Positions 1-9,213 of a DNA stretch of 64,000 nucleotides are shown piece by piece. Origin of the DNA: an uncultured Bacteroidia bacterium (GTDB taxonomy: Bacteria; Bacteroidota; Bacteroidia; Bacteroidales; UBA932); assembly GCA_902789245.1 (NCBI GenBank), contig CADAND010000010.1, positions 9,323-73,322 of the forward strand, read 5' to 3'. A program made the translations under genes and the position numbers. Below the pieces are notes generated by a model. It saw only the letters and a program-made list of their open reading frames with translations, ran no database searches and was not told the DNA's origin. Each line of letters begins with the position of its first letter. The stretch's first letter is position 1.

Positions 1-558
1 CTGAATGAAATCGTTCACGGCGGTCGCCATATAACCTCCGACCAGGACATAGATGCCCGTCAGCACGGCCATGCCCAGCACGCACCAGATGTAGTCAACA
101 TTGAACGCCATGCTGAAAAGCCGCGAAAGGCCATTGTACAGGGAGGCGGTATAAGGAATGAGGAAGATGAATACAATGACGGAAGCCGCCACTTTCAGCG
201 CATCGCTGAAAAAACGCTTTCCGAAGAAATCGGGCATGGTAGCGCTTTGCAGGAAGTGCGTCATCAGGCGGGTCCGGCGCCCCAGGATACGCCACGCAAG
301 CAGCGAGCCGATCAGGGCGTTGCCGATTCCGATCCAGGTCGCGGCAAGTCCATACTTCCAGCCAAACTGTCCGGCATACCCAACGAAAATGACCGCCGAG
401 AAATAAGAGGTGCCAAAGGCAAAAGCAGTCAGCCAGGAACCGACATTGCGGCCACCCAGCACAAATCCCTGAACATCAGAGGCGGTCCTGCGGCAATAGA
501 TGCCAACACCGATCATCACGGCAAAAAAGAGGACCAGGAGAATACACTTGACTAACAT
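1..558 (-). CDS. sodium:solute symporter (SSS) family transporter, N-terminal fragment; continues beyond left edge
   Basis: Not in ORF track (no stop in window). Reverse-strand translation from ATG at 558..556 gives MLVKCILLVLFFAVMIGVGIYCRRTASDVQGFVLGGRNVGSWLTAFAFGTSYFSAVIFVGYAGQFGWKYGLAATWIG..., open to position 1. TM-helix pattern and N-terminal motifs resemble PutP/PanF-type symporters. Confidence 0.75.
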   Translation of the reverse strand, partial: MLVKCILLVLFFAVMIGVGIYCRRTASDVQGFVLGGRNVGSWLTAFAFGTSYFSAVIFVGYAGQFGWKYGLAATWIGIGNALIGSLLAWRILGRRTRLMTHFLQSATMPDFFGKRFFSDALKVAASVIVFIFLIPYTASLYNGLSRLFSMAFNVDYIWCVLGMAVLTGIYVLVGGYMATAVNDFIQ

Positions 559-688
559 ACCCGTAAAAATAGTAAAAAAAAGAGAATAATCTGCCGCCCG
601 CTCTGTATAATAGCGAAGTTAAGCTTTTATTTCCACGCAAGAAATTTTGAGTTTTAAAAGATTCTTTTGCGAAATAAAATTCTTTGAT

Positions 689-696
689 TATATTTG
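689..696 (+). promoter_or_regulatory. Bacteroidota -7 promoter box TATATTTG (consensus TAnnTTTG), 4 nt upstream of higB-like ATG
   Basis: Exact match to TAnnTTTG read directly in sequence; position implies a leaderless or very short leader mRNA. Confidence 0.5.
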
Positions 697-700
697 CACC

Positions 701-961
701 ATGCGAATCTTCACAGAACAGCCTTTGAAGGAGTTTATCGGTGCGCACCCGGAGTCGAAAACCGCCCTCCAGGAGTGGGCCTCCGTGGTCAAGAAAAGCA
801 GCTGGGCGAGCTTCGAAGACATGCAAGGCGACTTCGCGGACGTAAGCCGTCTGGGCGAAGGACAGTACAGTTTCAGGATCCTGGGCGGACGATGCCGCCT
901 GACCGTCGCCGTCAAATTTTCCAGACAACTCATCAGCATCACCAATCTTATCCATAATTAA
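701..961 (+). CDS. higB: HigB-like (RelE-fold) type II toxin, C-terminally short
   Basis: MRIFTEQPLKEFIGAHPESKTALQEWASVVKKSSWASFEDMQ...RLTVAVKFSRQLISITNLIHN resembles the HigB family N-terminus (MR.I....L.EF...HP.....L..W......A.W). Start moved from 647 (ORF track) to ATG 701 just after the -7 box. Ends right after a His, shorter than the family as I remember it. Confidence 0.6.
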   Translation: MRIFTEQPLKEFIGAHPESKTALQEWASVVKKSSWASFEDMQGDFADVSRLGEGQYSFRILGGRCRLTVAVKFSRQLISITNLIHN

Positions 962-972
962 ATAACAAAGCC

Positions 973-1386
973 ATGAAAAAAGCCCTCATTCTCCTCGCCT
1001 CCCTCACCCTGATGGCAGGCAGCGCATTCGCCCAGGACAAGACCAACGCCCGCTATGCGCCCGGTCGCGAGAAACTCGCGGAAGAGACTTTCAAGCAGCT
1101 CGTCGCCATCTCCTCCGGCTACGACCAGCTCAACCTGGCCACCGACCTGGCCGCCAGCCAGAAGGCCATCGAAGATTATCCCGAGCTGCGCGCCGCGATG
1201 CTCGAGAATTTCATCTTCGCCTACTGCCAGGTTCCGGACTCGCTCAAGACGGCCGAGAATCTTCTGGTCAACCAGCTGGACGGCAAGAGTTTCTACACGG
1301 CCCGCTCCAACGAGAAATGGAATGAACTCGGCGAAGTCTACACCGCCAAGCGCCGCGAGATCCGCCGGGAGTACGACGAAGAATAG
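973..1386 (+). CDS. hypothetical secreted alpha-helical protein (137 aa) between higB-like and higA-like genes
   Basis: Signal peptide MKKALILLASLTLMAGSAFA/QD; 11 nt after the higB-like stop and 2 nt before the higA-like start. No family recognised. Confidence 0.6.
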   Translation: MKKALILLASLTLMAGSAFAQDKTNARYAPGREKLAEETFKQLVAISSGYDQLNLATDLAASQKAIEDYPELRAAMLENFIFAYCQVPDSLKTAENLLVNQLDGKSFYTARSNEKWNELGEVYTAKRREIRREYDEE

Positions 1387-1388
1387 TC

Positions 1389-1754
1389 ATGACCAAGATC
1401 ACGACCAGAGAACAATACGAATGGGCCAAGGGGCGGGTTGAAGAACTCTTCCCCACCGTCCGGGAGAATACCCCGAGCACGGATCCGGCAAGCATCGAGC
1501 TGGAGCTGCTTTCGAACCTGGTCGCCGACTATTCCGAAGAAGTCTTCGACATCGGCGAGCCCAGCCTGAAGGAAGTCCTCAAACTCCGGATGCACGAGCT
1601 GGGACTCAGCCAGAAGGACCTGGCCGGCCTGTTGGAAATCAGTCCTTCCCGCGTCAACGATTTCTTCATGGGGCGGGCGGAGCCCACCCTGAAAACAGCC
1701 AAGAAAATCTACCAGCGATTGCACATCTCGCCTGCAATCATTCTGGGCAATTAG
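1389..1754 (+). CDS. higA: HigA-like antitoxin, XRE-family HTH
   Basis: MTKITTREQYEWAKGRVEELF... N-terminal helical part followed by HTH LGLSQKDLAGLLEISPSRVNDFFMGRAEPTLKTAKKIYQRL; typical length (121 aa). Confidence 0.75.
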   Translation: MTKITTREQYEWAKGRVEELFPTVRENTPSTDPASIELELLSNLVADYSEEVFDIGEPSLKEVLKLRMHELGLSQKDLAGLLEISPSRVNDFFMGRAEPTLKTAKKIYQRLHISPAIILGN

Positions 1755-1763
1755 CTGAAAACA

Positions 1764-1806
1764 AGAACCCCGGCAGCCTGACGGCCCGCCGGGGTTCTGT
1801 TTTCTG
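1764..1806. terminator. bidirectional rho-independent terminator between convergent higA-like and gpx genes
   Basis: 10-bp stem GAACCCCGGC / GCCGGGGTTC with T-run TGTTTTCTG after it and an A-rich run before it. Confidence 0.7.
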
Positions 1807-1835
1807 TGCTGGTCGCCCAGCTCTTATGCCGTCCG

Positions 1836-2378
1836 TTACAGCATCTCCTGGATGTCCTTCTCGAACGATTCCGGCTCGGCCACGGGCGCGAAACGCTTGA
1901 CCACGCTGCCGTCGCGGTTGATGAGGAACTTGGTGAAGTTCCAGAGGATGTCGCTGTCCTTCTTGGCGCTCTTGCTGATACCCTTGAGCATCGTGTGGGC
2001 GGCCTTGGCCTTCAGGCCCTTGTATTCCTCGGTCGGCGCGACGGACTTCAGATAGGTGAAGACCGGCGTCTCCTCGGGACCGTTCACGTCCACCTTCTTC
2101 ATCAGCGGGAAGGTCACGCCGTGATTGAGACGGCAGAACTCCTCGATCTCGGCATCGGAGCCGGGCTCCTGGTGGGCGAACTGGTCGCAGGGGAAGCCGA
2201 CAACGACCAGGCCCTGGTCCTTATATTTCTGATAGAGGGCCTCGAGACCGTCGTACTGAGGCGTGAAACCGCACTTGGAAGCGGTGTTGACGATGAGAAG
2301 CACTTTGCCTTCGAACTGCGCGAAGTCCAATTCCTGTCCCTTGTTGTTCAGGGCTTTGTAGTTGTAAATCTTGTCCAT
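1836..2378 (-). CDS. glutathione peroxidase family protein
   Basis: MDKIYNYKALNNKGQELDFAQFEGKVLLIVNTASKCGFTPQY..L..LY..Y...GL.V.GFPC.QF..QEPG; classic Gpx/BtuE motifs. Start trimmed to ATG 2378 (a TATATTTG box lies upstream on the minus strand). Confidence 0.9.
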   Translation of the reverse strand: MDKIYNYKALNNKGQELDFAQFEGKVLLIVNTASKCGFTPQYDGLEALYQKYKDQGLVVVGFPCDQFAHQEPGSDAEIEEFCRLNHGVTFPLMKKVDVNGPEETPVFTYLKSVAPTEEYKGLKAKAAHTMLKGISKSAKKDSDILWNFTKFLINRDGSVVKRFAPVAEPESFEKDIQEML

Positions 2379-2529
2379 ATCTATTGGTTTTATATCGTTC
2401 ACGATGCAAATATACGACAATTATTTTATATCGCAAGCGATATTTCAGAAAATCATCATAAATAATGATATACCCATCGAATTTGTAAGATCTTTTGTAT
2501 TATCTTTGCCGACGCAAAAAGTAGTGTAA

Positions 2530-2856
2530 ATGAATTTCAACGGCATTCTCGTCGGAGCGGCAGTCTTCCTGTGCATTGGCATCTGCCATCCCCTGGTCAT
2601 CAAGATGGAGTATCGTTGGGGGAAGCAGAGCTGGTGGGTCTGGCTGGTGGCCGGACTGGCCTTCTGCGTGCTCTCCCTCTTTGTCCGGAACAATACCCTT
2701 TCCATCATCATCGGCGGCTTTGCGTTCTGCTGCATGTGGGGCATTGGAGAGATGTTCATGCAGGAAAAGCGGGTCCTCCGCGGCTGGTTCCCGGAAAACC
2801 CCAAACGGCACGCCTACTATGAAGCGCGTCGCAAAGAGATGACAAAGACAGCATAA
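2530..2856 (+). CDS. small integral membrane protein (possibly DUF4491-like)
   Basis: 108 aa, three hydrophobic helices (ILVGAAVFLCIGICHPLVI, WWVWLVAGLAFCVLSLFV, LSIIIGGFAFCCMWGIGEMF). TATCTTTG box at 2497-2504. The family name is from memory only. Confidence 0.6.
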   Translation: MNFNGILVGAAVFLCIGICHPLVIKMEYRWGKQSWWVWLVAGLAFCVLSLFVRNNTLSIIIGGFAFCCMWGIGEMFMQEKRVLRGWFPENPKRHAYYEARRKEMTKTA

Positions 2857-2935
2857 ATTGGAAAGACCGCAGAATCCCAAAGCACACTGGAGCCCGGATG
2901 CGGACTTCTCCTCTTCGCCGTTCTTCATCCGGCGG

Positions 2936-3670
2936 ATGGACACCTCCAGCTACATCAAGCCGGCCGGCGCCCCCGTCGCCCGGCTGCCGCTCATCGGATT
3001 CATCTTCATCACGTCCGGCGAAGTGCTCGCCGACGTGGAGGGCACGCCCTATCTCTGCCAACCGGGGCAGATCCTCCTAATTCCCCAGAACTGCCCCTTT
3101 GCGATCCGCTACTACCGCGACGCCATCGGATACACCGGAGGCTTCACCCCCGCCATCCTCAGGGACAATCAGCCGCTGCGCTACCTCTCAACACCCATCC
3201 ACCAGGGCTTCTGGTTTGACGAGGGAGCCTTTGTGACCGAGCTTTTCAACATGCTCGCCATCGCTTTCGAGAAGAACGACCAGGCCTTTATCGAGAAGGG
3301 ACTGGACTTGCTCCTTTCGCGTCTCCGTCCGAATCTGCCCGAGGCGATTCCAGCCGCCGTCAGCGCCTTCCTGGAGTCCGTCTTCGAGCCCGGCCGGATG
3401 CCCGGCACCATCGCCACCTACGCGGCCGCCTCCGGCATCAGCGAGAATTATCTGAGCCGCCTGGTCAAAAAGAGCACCGGGCGCAGCGTCGGCGCCTGGA
3501 TCGACATCGTACGCATCCAGCGCTCCAAGCATCTGCTGGCCACGAGCACGCTGTCCGTCATTGACATAGCCGCGGCAGTCGGGATAGAAGATCAATCCTA
3601 TTTTTCGCGCCTTTTCAAGAAAGAGACGGGCATGACGCCTTCTTCCTTCCGGAAAAAGATGCAAGGATAA
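2936..3670 (+). CDS. AraC family transcriptional regulator
   Basis: C-terminal double HTH: YLSRLVKKSTGRSVGAWIDIVRIQRSKHLLATSTLSVIDIAAAVGIEDQSYFSRLFKKETGMTPSSFRK; N-terminal cupin-like part. ATG 2936 preferred over TTG 2858. Confidence 0.85.
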   Translation: MDTSSYIKPAGAPVARLPLIGFIFITSGEVLADVEGTPYLCQPGQILLIPQNCPFAIRYYRDAIGYTGGFTPAILRDNQPLRYLSTPIHQGFWFDEGAFVTELFNMLAIAFEKNDQAFIEKGLDLLLSRLRPNLPEAIPAAVSAFLESVFEPGRMPGTIATYAAASGISENYLSRLVKKSTGRSVGAWIDIVRIQRSKHLLATSTLSVIDIAAAVGIEDQSYFSRLFKKETGMTPSSFRKKMQG

Positions 3671-3733
3671 TCCTAATTCAGGCACCATCCGTTCTAAAAT
3701 ATTTGCGCGGGATTGCGGAAATTTGCATCCGCA

Positions 3734-5917
3734 ATGTTGACAGCTATTTTCATTTCCCTGCTCTCAGCGGCATCTCCGGTCTGCGACACGCTCCTGCAGG
3801 CTGCTACGGTCACCGCCTTGAAAGAATCTGTGTCCGTGGACAGGCTTCCCTCGCCCGTCACGGTCCTGCGCGAAGATGCCCTCCAGAGCAGCAACACCTA
3901 TCGTCACAACCGCCTTTCCGGGCAGGTTCCCGGCCTCTATATTCCCGAATACGGCGCTTCGCTCACCTCCACCATTTACATGCGCGGACTGGGCTCCCGG
4001 ATGGAGAACCCCGTGATGGGGCTCTATCTGGACGGCATCCCGGTGCTGGACAAGAATGCCTATGACTTCGACTGGGAAGGCGTCCGCAGCGCCACGGTGC
4101 TGCGGGGGCCGCAAGGCACGCTCTACGGCCGGAACGCCCTGGGCGGCGTGCTCGCCCTGCAGTCCGTCTCCCCCACCGACGGCATGCGGCGGGGGTTCCA
4201 CCTCGAATACGGCAGCGCAAACTCCATGCGCGTGGGCGGCATCTACACCATCGGCCACCACGTCCTGACGGCGCAGTACCGGCACGGCGACGGCTTCTTC
4301 CGCAATGAATACAAGGGCAGGAACTGCGACCCCTACGACGGACTGTCGCTCCACTGGAAGTGGGAGCGCAAAGTCACCGATCGTCTGTTTATGGGCAACA
4401 CGCTATGGGCCAGCCTCTCCCGGGAGGGCGGCTTCGCCTACGGCCGCTGGCTGGACGGCGTCCAGCTGCCCGTATCGTACAACGATGAAGGCAGTTACGC
4501 CCGCGCGTCCATCGTCGAAGGGCTGTATGCCCGGCTGCGGGCGGACACCTTCACGGCCGACGCCGCGGCTTCCATCCAGCTCCTGGCGGACGACATGCAC
4601 ATGGACCAGGACTACACGGCCGACTCCGTCTTTACCCTGCAGCAGCGGCAGCACAGCGGCGCGGGCACCCTGGAGCTGCGCATCTCCCGCGCGGACGCCG
4701 ACGCGGCCTGGCAGCCCAAGACCGGCTTCTTCGCCATGTACAAACTGAATCACCTGGCGGCGCCCGTCAACTTCAAGCGGGACGGCATCGAAAGGCTCAT
4801 CCTGGACAACGCCAATGCGCATATTCCCGCCGACATCGGCTACCTCACCATTCCGGACGCCGAGTTTCCCGTCAACTCCGATTTTCTCATCCAGACCTGG
4901 AACGCGGCGCTCTTCCACGAATCGGTCCTGACGGTCGGCCGGTGGCAGTTCACGGCCGGCCTTCGCCTGGACTACGAAGGGGCCCGGATGGATTTCGACT
5001 GCCTCGCGAGCCTGCACTACCGCTTCGTGCCGACCATGGCGGCGGACAAGCCCTTCTCCGTGCCCTACCGCGGGCACCAGAACCACGGATGCCTGGAGCT
5101 GCTGCCCAAACTGGCCGCCCTGTACCGGCCGGACGACACCTGGACGCTCTACACGACCGTAGCGAAAGGCTATCGCGCCGGCGGCTTCAATACGCAGATC
5201 TTTTCCGACATCCTCCAGAACCTGACGATGAACGGAATGATGAAGGACCTGGGTGTTTACCTGGACCGCCCCATCGTCTCCGTCTCGGCCGAGAACACGG
5301 AGTACGACCCGGAGACCGCCTGGAACTTCGAGGCCGGAGCCCGGCTGCGCCGGGGCGACCTGCGCGCGGAACTCTCCGCCTACTACATCGCCGTGAACCA
5401 TCAGCAGCTGACCGTTTTCCCGCCGGGCCTGTCCACGGGAAGAATGATGACGAACGCAGGCCGCAGCCGGAGCATCGGCGCGGAAGCGGAGCTGGACTGG
5501 ACACCCGGCGACTTCCGTACGCACCTGTCCTGGTCCTGGTGTGACAGCCGTTTCGTCAGCTACGACGACGGCAATCACGACTACGCCGGCCACTTCGTCC
5601 CCTATGTCCCCCGCCACACGCTGTATGTCAGCATCGGCTACAGCTTCCGCTGGGACAGCCGCCGCGTGGACCTGGATCTCTCCGCCCGGGGCGCAGGTTC
5701 CATCTACTGGAACGAGGAGAACACGCTCCGGGAGCCCTTCCGGCTCCGCCCCGACGCACGGGTGGCCCTGGTCTTCCCCCGCTGGGAGATCTACGTGCGC
5801 GGCGAGAATCTGGCCCAGACCCCGGGGCACAGTTTCTACTTCAAATCCGTGGGGAACGAATTCTTCGCCGGCATCAAGCCGCGCACCATCCTGCTTGGAA
5901 TATCCATTAAACTGTAA
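3734..5917 (+). CDS. TonB-dependent outer-membrane receptor
   Basis: Plug-domain motifs (VTVLREDALQ..., IYMRGLG, VLRGPQGTLYGRNALGGVL) and a C-terminal barrel ending in an aromatic-rich strand. ATG 3734 (MLTAIFISLLSA signal) preferred over TTG 3713. Confidence 0.9.
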   Translation: MLTAIFISLLSAASPVCDTLLQAATVTALKESVSVDRLPSPVTVLREDALQSSNTYRHNRLSGQVPGLYIPEYGASLTSTIYMRGLGSRMENPVMGLYLDGIPVLDKNAYDFDWEGVRSATVLRGPQGTLYGRNALGGVLALQSVSPTDGMRRGFHLEYGSANSMRVGGIYTIGHHVLTAQYRHGDGFFRNEYKGRNCDPYDGLSLHWKWERKVTDRLFMGNTLWASLSREGGFAYGRWLDGVQLPVSYNDEGSYARASIVEGLYARLRADTFTADAAASIQLLADDMHMDQDYTADSVFTLQQRQHSGAGTLELRISRADADAAWQPKTGFFAMYKLNHLAAPVNFKRDGIERLILDNANAHIPADIGYLTIPDAEFPVNSDFLIQTWNAALFHESVLTVGRWQFTAGLRLDYEGARMDFDCLASLHYRFVPTMAADKPFSVPYRGHQNHGCLELLPKLAALYRPDDTWTLYTTVAKGYRAGGFNTQIFSDILQNLTMNGMMKDLGVYLDRPIVSVSAENTEYDPETAWNFEAGARLRRGDLRAELSAYYIAVNHQQLTVFPPGLSTGRMMTNAGRSRSIGAEAELDWTPGDFRTHLSWSWCDSRFVSYDDGNHDYAGHFVPYVPRHTLYVSIGYSFRWDSRRVDLDLSARGAGSIYWNEENTLREPFRLRPDARVALVFPRWEIYVRGENLAQTPGHSFYFKSVGNEFFAGIKPRTILLGISIKL

Positions 5918-5921
5918 TAGA

Positions 5922-6374
5922 ATGAAAACAAAAATGATTTTTGCGGCCCTTGTGGCCATGACGCTGATCGGCTGCGGTAAAGCCGAACCTGAAACCCCGA
6001 TCGTCCCGGAAATGTCCGACTACAAAGGCACGGTGACCGTCATGTACAAGGGAGAGCCTTTCGACAACGAGAACATCCAGGTCAACTTCACCCCCTCCGA
6101 GGATGGCAAGACCGCATCCATCGTCATCTACCAGATCCGTTTCGTGCCTCAGATGCCTGTGACCATCGACGTGACCATCCCGAACGTCGCCGTCCAGAGC
6201 ACGACGGAGAAGATCCTGCTTTCGTGCGAAAGGACGATTCCGCTTGCGATGGGCGGGGAATTCCCCCGATACACCGTGACCGGGCTGAAGGGTGAAATCG
6301 TCGGCAAGGAGATGTCATTTTCCCTGAACTTTGGCGACAGCCCCACCTCCTTCCAGGGTCAGGCGCAACTGTAG
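5922..6374 (+). CDS. calycin/lipocalin-like lipoprotein downstream of the TonB-dependent receptor
   Basis: Lipobox MKTKMIFAALVAMTLIGC; about 130-aa beta-rich body (YKGTVTVMY...IVIYQIRFVPQMPVTIDVTIPNV). It is the 3-prime part of track ORF 5541..6374. The family assignment is tentative. Confidence 0.6.
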   Translation: MKTKMIFAALVAMTLIGCGKAEPETPIVPEMSDYKGTVTVMYKGEPFDNENIQVNFTPSEDGKTASIVIYQIRFVPQMPVTIDVTIPNVAVQSTTEKILLSCERTIPLAMGGEFPRYTVTGLKGEIVGKEMSFSLNFGDSPTSFQGQAQL

Positions 6375-6389
6375 CCTGAGGACCCGAGA

Positions 6390-7556
6390 CTAGCGCTGCT
6401 CGCAGAAACGACAGTAGTCGGCATACACCTCGCGGACGACATCATCCCAGTTGAGATACAGGTCGCGGCGGGCGGCGGCGCTGACGCGCTCGTACGTCTG
6501 CGTGTCGGACAGGATGTCCAGGATGGCGCGCGCGTAGTTCTCCTCGCCCGGAGCCGAGATGAAGCCGTTCACGCCCGGCGTGACGGTCGCCGCGGTCTTT
6601 GCACCCTCCAGGAACAGCGTGGGCGTGCCCTGGCAGGCCGCCTCGATCTGCACCAGCGAATTGGCATCGTACAGCGACGGGAACAAAAACAGTTTTGCCC
6701 GCGAGAAGAGGTTCTCGAGCATGTCCTTTCCGTTGATCAGGCCGCACATCACCACTTCCTCCTCCAGCCCCAGTTCCCGCACCAGCGCGGAAAGAGCCTC
6801 CTCGTCCTGCCCCTTGCCGGCAAAGAGCATGCGGAAATTCCTGAGCCCCATCTCCTTGGCTTTCGCCAGGGCGCGAACGGTGAAATCAATATTCTTGATG
6901 AAATTGATGCGCCCCACGAAGAGGAAGACGGTCGCGTCGGCGGGGACACCGTAGGTCTCGTTGACGATGCGCGCAGCCTCGGCGGGATCGGCCACCGGCT
7001 TGTGGTCCGTGGCGTTGAGCCGCACCTTGCAAGGGGCGGTCAGGCCGTATTCCTTTTCGTATAACTCCTTGATGCCGCCGTTCACCGCCCAGCACTCGTC
7101 GCAGGCATTGAACACGCGCATGATGGCATCCATGGCCATGTTGACAGAGAATTTGAAGTGGAGCGGCTTCTCGAAATCCTGCTTGTACTGGCTGTGAAGC
7201 GTGGCGACGACGGGCAATTTGTTCATCTTCGCATGCAGCACGCCGGACATGCCGACGGCGAAAGGCGAATGGATATGCACGATGTCGATTTTGCTCCGCA
7301 GGAGCTTGGTTTCGAATACCGGATCCAGGGAGGCCGTGGGGATGTCGTAATCGTTCCCGAGCAGGGGTACCGATCCGCAGCGTACGATCTCGTACGGCAT
7401 CTTCTTGTCTTCTTCCTTGCTGTAGCCACGGGTTTCAGGGCAGAAAACCACCACGTCGCAGTACTGAATCAGGCGACGGGCGTAATTGTCCACCACTTTG
7501 ATGACACCGTCCACCATAGGATACCAGGTGTCAATAAAAAGACCGACTTTCTTCAT
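6390..7556 (-). CDS. glycosyltransferase family 4 (GT-B fold)
   Basis: MKKVGLFIDTWYPMVDGVIKVVDNYARRL... N-terminus like diacylglycerol glucosyltransferase-type GT4; C-terminal FPSLYDANSLVQIEAACQGTP (E-x7-E region). TATCTTTG box at 7564-7571(-), so the start is ATG 7562 or 7556. Confidence 0.85.
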   Translation of the reverse strand: MKKVGLFIDTWYPMVDGVIKVVDNYARRLIQYCDVVVFCPETRGYSKEEDKKMPYEIVRCGSVPLLGNDYDIPTASLDPVFETKLLRSKIDIVHIHSPFAVGMSGVLHAKMNKLPVVATLHSQYKQDFEKPLHFKFSVNMAMDAIMRVFNACDECWAVNGGIKELYEKEYGLTAPCKVRLNATDHKPVADPAEAARIVNETYGVPADATVFLFVGRINFIKNIDFTVRALAKAKEMGLRNFRMLFAGKGQDEEALSALVRELGLEEEVVMCGLINGKDMLENLFSRAKLFLFPSLYDANSLVQIEAACQGTPTLFLEGAKTAATVTPGVNGFISAPGEENYARAILDILSDTQTYERVSAAARRDLYLNWDDVVREVYADYCRFCEQR

Positions 7557-7675
7557 AGTCATACAAAGATACGAATTCTTTTGTTGATTATTTTGCAAAA
7601 AAACTTTTTTGAGAAAGAAAGAATTCGCGAGAATTTGCGTACTTTTGTAACCCGTAGTGTAATAAATCTTCTTTT

Positions 7676-9172
7676 ATGAAATACGGGTACGACAACGAGA
7701 AATATCTCAAAATCCAATCAGAGCACATCAAAGAGCGCATTGCCCAATTCGGCAACAAACTTTACATGGAATTCGGCGGCAAGTTGTTTGACGACTACCA
7801 CGCCAGCCGTGTTCTTCCGGGCTTCGAGCCGGACAGCAAATTCAAAATGCTCTATCAGCTGAAGGACGATCTGGAAATCGTGATCGTGATCAGCGCCGTG
7901 GATATCGAGAAAAATAAAATCCGCAACGACCTGGGTATCACCTACGACATGGACGTGCTGCGCCTGCGCGACGAATTCATGGACCGAGGTTTCAACGTGA
8001 ACAGCGTCGTCGTCACCCACTACAACGGCCAGGGCAGCGCCGACGCCTACCGCAAGCGCCTCGAGCGCATGGGCATCAAGGTCTATTACCATTATACGAT
8101 TGAAGGCTACCCCAACAACGTGTCCCTGATCGACTCCGACGAGGGTTTCGGCAAGAACGACTACATCGAGACCAGCAAGCCTCTCGTGGTCGTGACCGCC
8201 CCCGGTCCGGGCAGCGGCAAGATGGCTGTCTGCCTGAGCCAGCTCTACCAGGAGAACAAGCGCGGCACCAAGGCCGGTTACGCCAAATTCGAGACCTTCC
8301 CGGTCTGGAGCCTGCCCCTGAATCACCCCGTCAACATCGCCTACGAGGCCGCCACGGCCGACCTGGAGGACGTCAACATGATCGACCCCTTCCATCTGGA
8401 AGCCTATGGCGAGACGGCCGTCAACTACAACCGCGACATCGAGATCTTCCCCGTGATGAACGCCCTCTTCGAAGACATCTACGGCCAGTCGCCGTACAAG
8501 TCCCCGACCGACATGGGCGTGAACATGATTGGCTCCTGCATCAGCGACGACGCGGTCTGCCGCGAAGCCTCCCTGCAGGAAATCATCCGCCGCTATTATA
8601 CGGCACTCTGCAAGTTCGCCGACGGAAAGACGACGGAGGCCGAGGTCAACAAGCTGGCCCTGCTGATGAAGAAGGCCGGCATCAGCACGAACGACCGCAA
8701 GACCACCGTCGCCGCGCACGAGCGCCTCGAGAAAGCCGGCGGCGCCACGGCGGCCATCGAGCTCGAGGACGGCACCATCCTCACGGCGGAGACCTCTCCC
8801 CTCCTCGGCCCCAGCGCCGCGCTCCTGCTCAACGCGCTGAAGCACCTGGCGGGCATCGAGCACAATGTCAAACTCATCCCCAAGACCATGATCGCCCCGA
8901 TCCAGAAGACCAAGGTCAAGTACCTTCACGGGAACAACCCGCGCCTGCACACGGACGAGGTTCTGGTCACCATCTCCATGTTGAGCCTGCTGGACGAAAA
9001 CTGCAAGCTCGCGCTCGACCAGCTGCCCAAGCTCAAAGGCGCGCAGGTCCACTCCACCGTCATGCTGAGCGAAGTGGACCGAAAGACCTTCAAGAAACTG
9101 GGCATCGACCTGACTTGCGACCCGGTACGAAAGATCAAGGATCCCAAGACCAGCGTCGAAGAAGAAGTTTAA
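7676..9172 (+). CDS. DUF1846 (UPF0371) family protein
   Basis: MKYGYDNEKYLKIQSEHIKERIAQFGNKLYMEFGGKLFDDYHASRVLPGFEPD is the characteristic UPF0371 N-terminus; about 500 aa as expected. TACTTTTG box upstream. Confidence 0.85.
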   Translation: MKYGYDNEKYLKIQSEHIKERIAQFGNKLYMEFGGKLFDDYHASRVLPGFEPDSKFKMLYQLKDDLEIVIVISAVDIEKNKIRNDLGITYDMDVLRLRDEFMDRGFNVNSVVVTHYNGQGSADAYRKRLERMGIKVYYHYTIEGYPNNVSLIDSDEGFGKNDYIETSKPLVVVTAPGPGSGKMAVCLSQLYQENKRGTKAGYAKFETFPVWSLPLNHPVNIAYEAATADLEDVNMIDPFHLEAYGETAVNYNRDIEIFPVMNALFEDIYGQSPYKSPTDMGVNMIGSCISDDAVCREASLQEIIRRYYTALCKFADGKTTEAEVNKLALLMKKAGISTNDRKTTVAAHERLEKAGGATAAIELEDGTILTAETSPLLGPSAALLLNALKHLAGIEHNVKLIPKTMIAPIQKTKVKYLHGNNPRLHTDEVLVTISMLSLLDENCKLALDQLPKLKGAQVHSTVMLSEVDRKTFKKLGIDLTCDPVRKIKDPKTSVEEEV

Positions 9173-9178
9173 AATAAA

Positions 9179-9213
9179 ACGCCGTGCCCCTCGAAGGCAC
9201 GGCGTTTTTGTTT
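9179..9213. terminator. bidirectional rho-independent terminator
   Basis: ACGCCGTGCC-CCTCGAA-GGCACGGCGT stem-loop followed by TTTTTGTTT and preceded by AAATAAAA; lies between convergent genes. Confidence 0.85.

Noticed and set aside
4403-5959. 518-aa minus-strand ORF opposite the TonB-dependent receptor. The same class of ORFs occurs at 7718-9052, 11755-13143, 13554-14915, 16547-17584, 17520-18866, 24523-25749, 25830-27329, 28871-30097, 30686-31849, 33456-34715, 34702-35757, 38748-39710, 40220-41413, 41501-43258, 44092-45237, 45435-46970, 46986-48518, 50257-51669, 52584-53813, 57102-58040, 60296-62011 and 62459-63313.
   Set aside because: All are antisense or alternative-frame shadows of genes that carry clear family motifs. 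Their translations are Arg/Ala/Gly/Val/His/Asp-rich and lack signal peptides, TM patterns or catalytic motifs.
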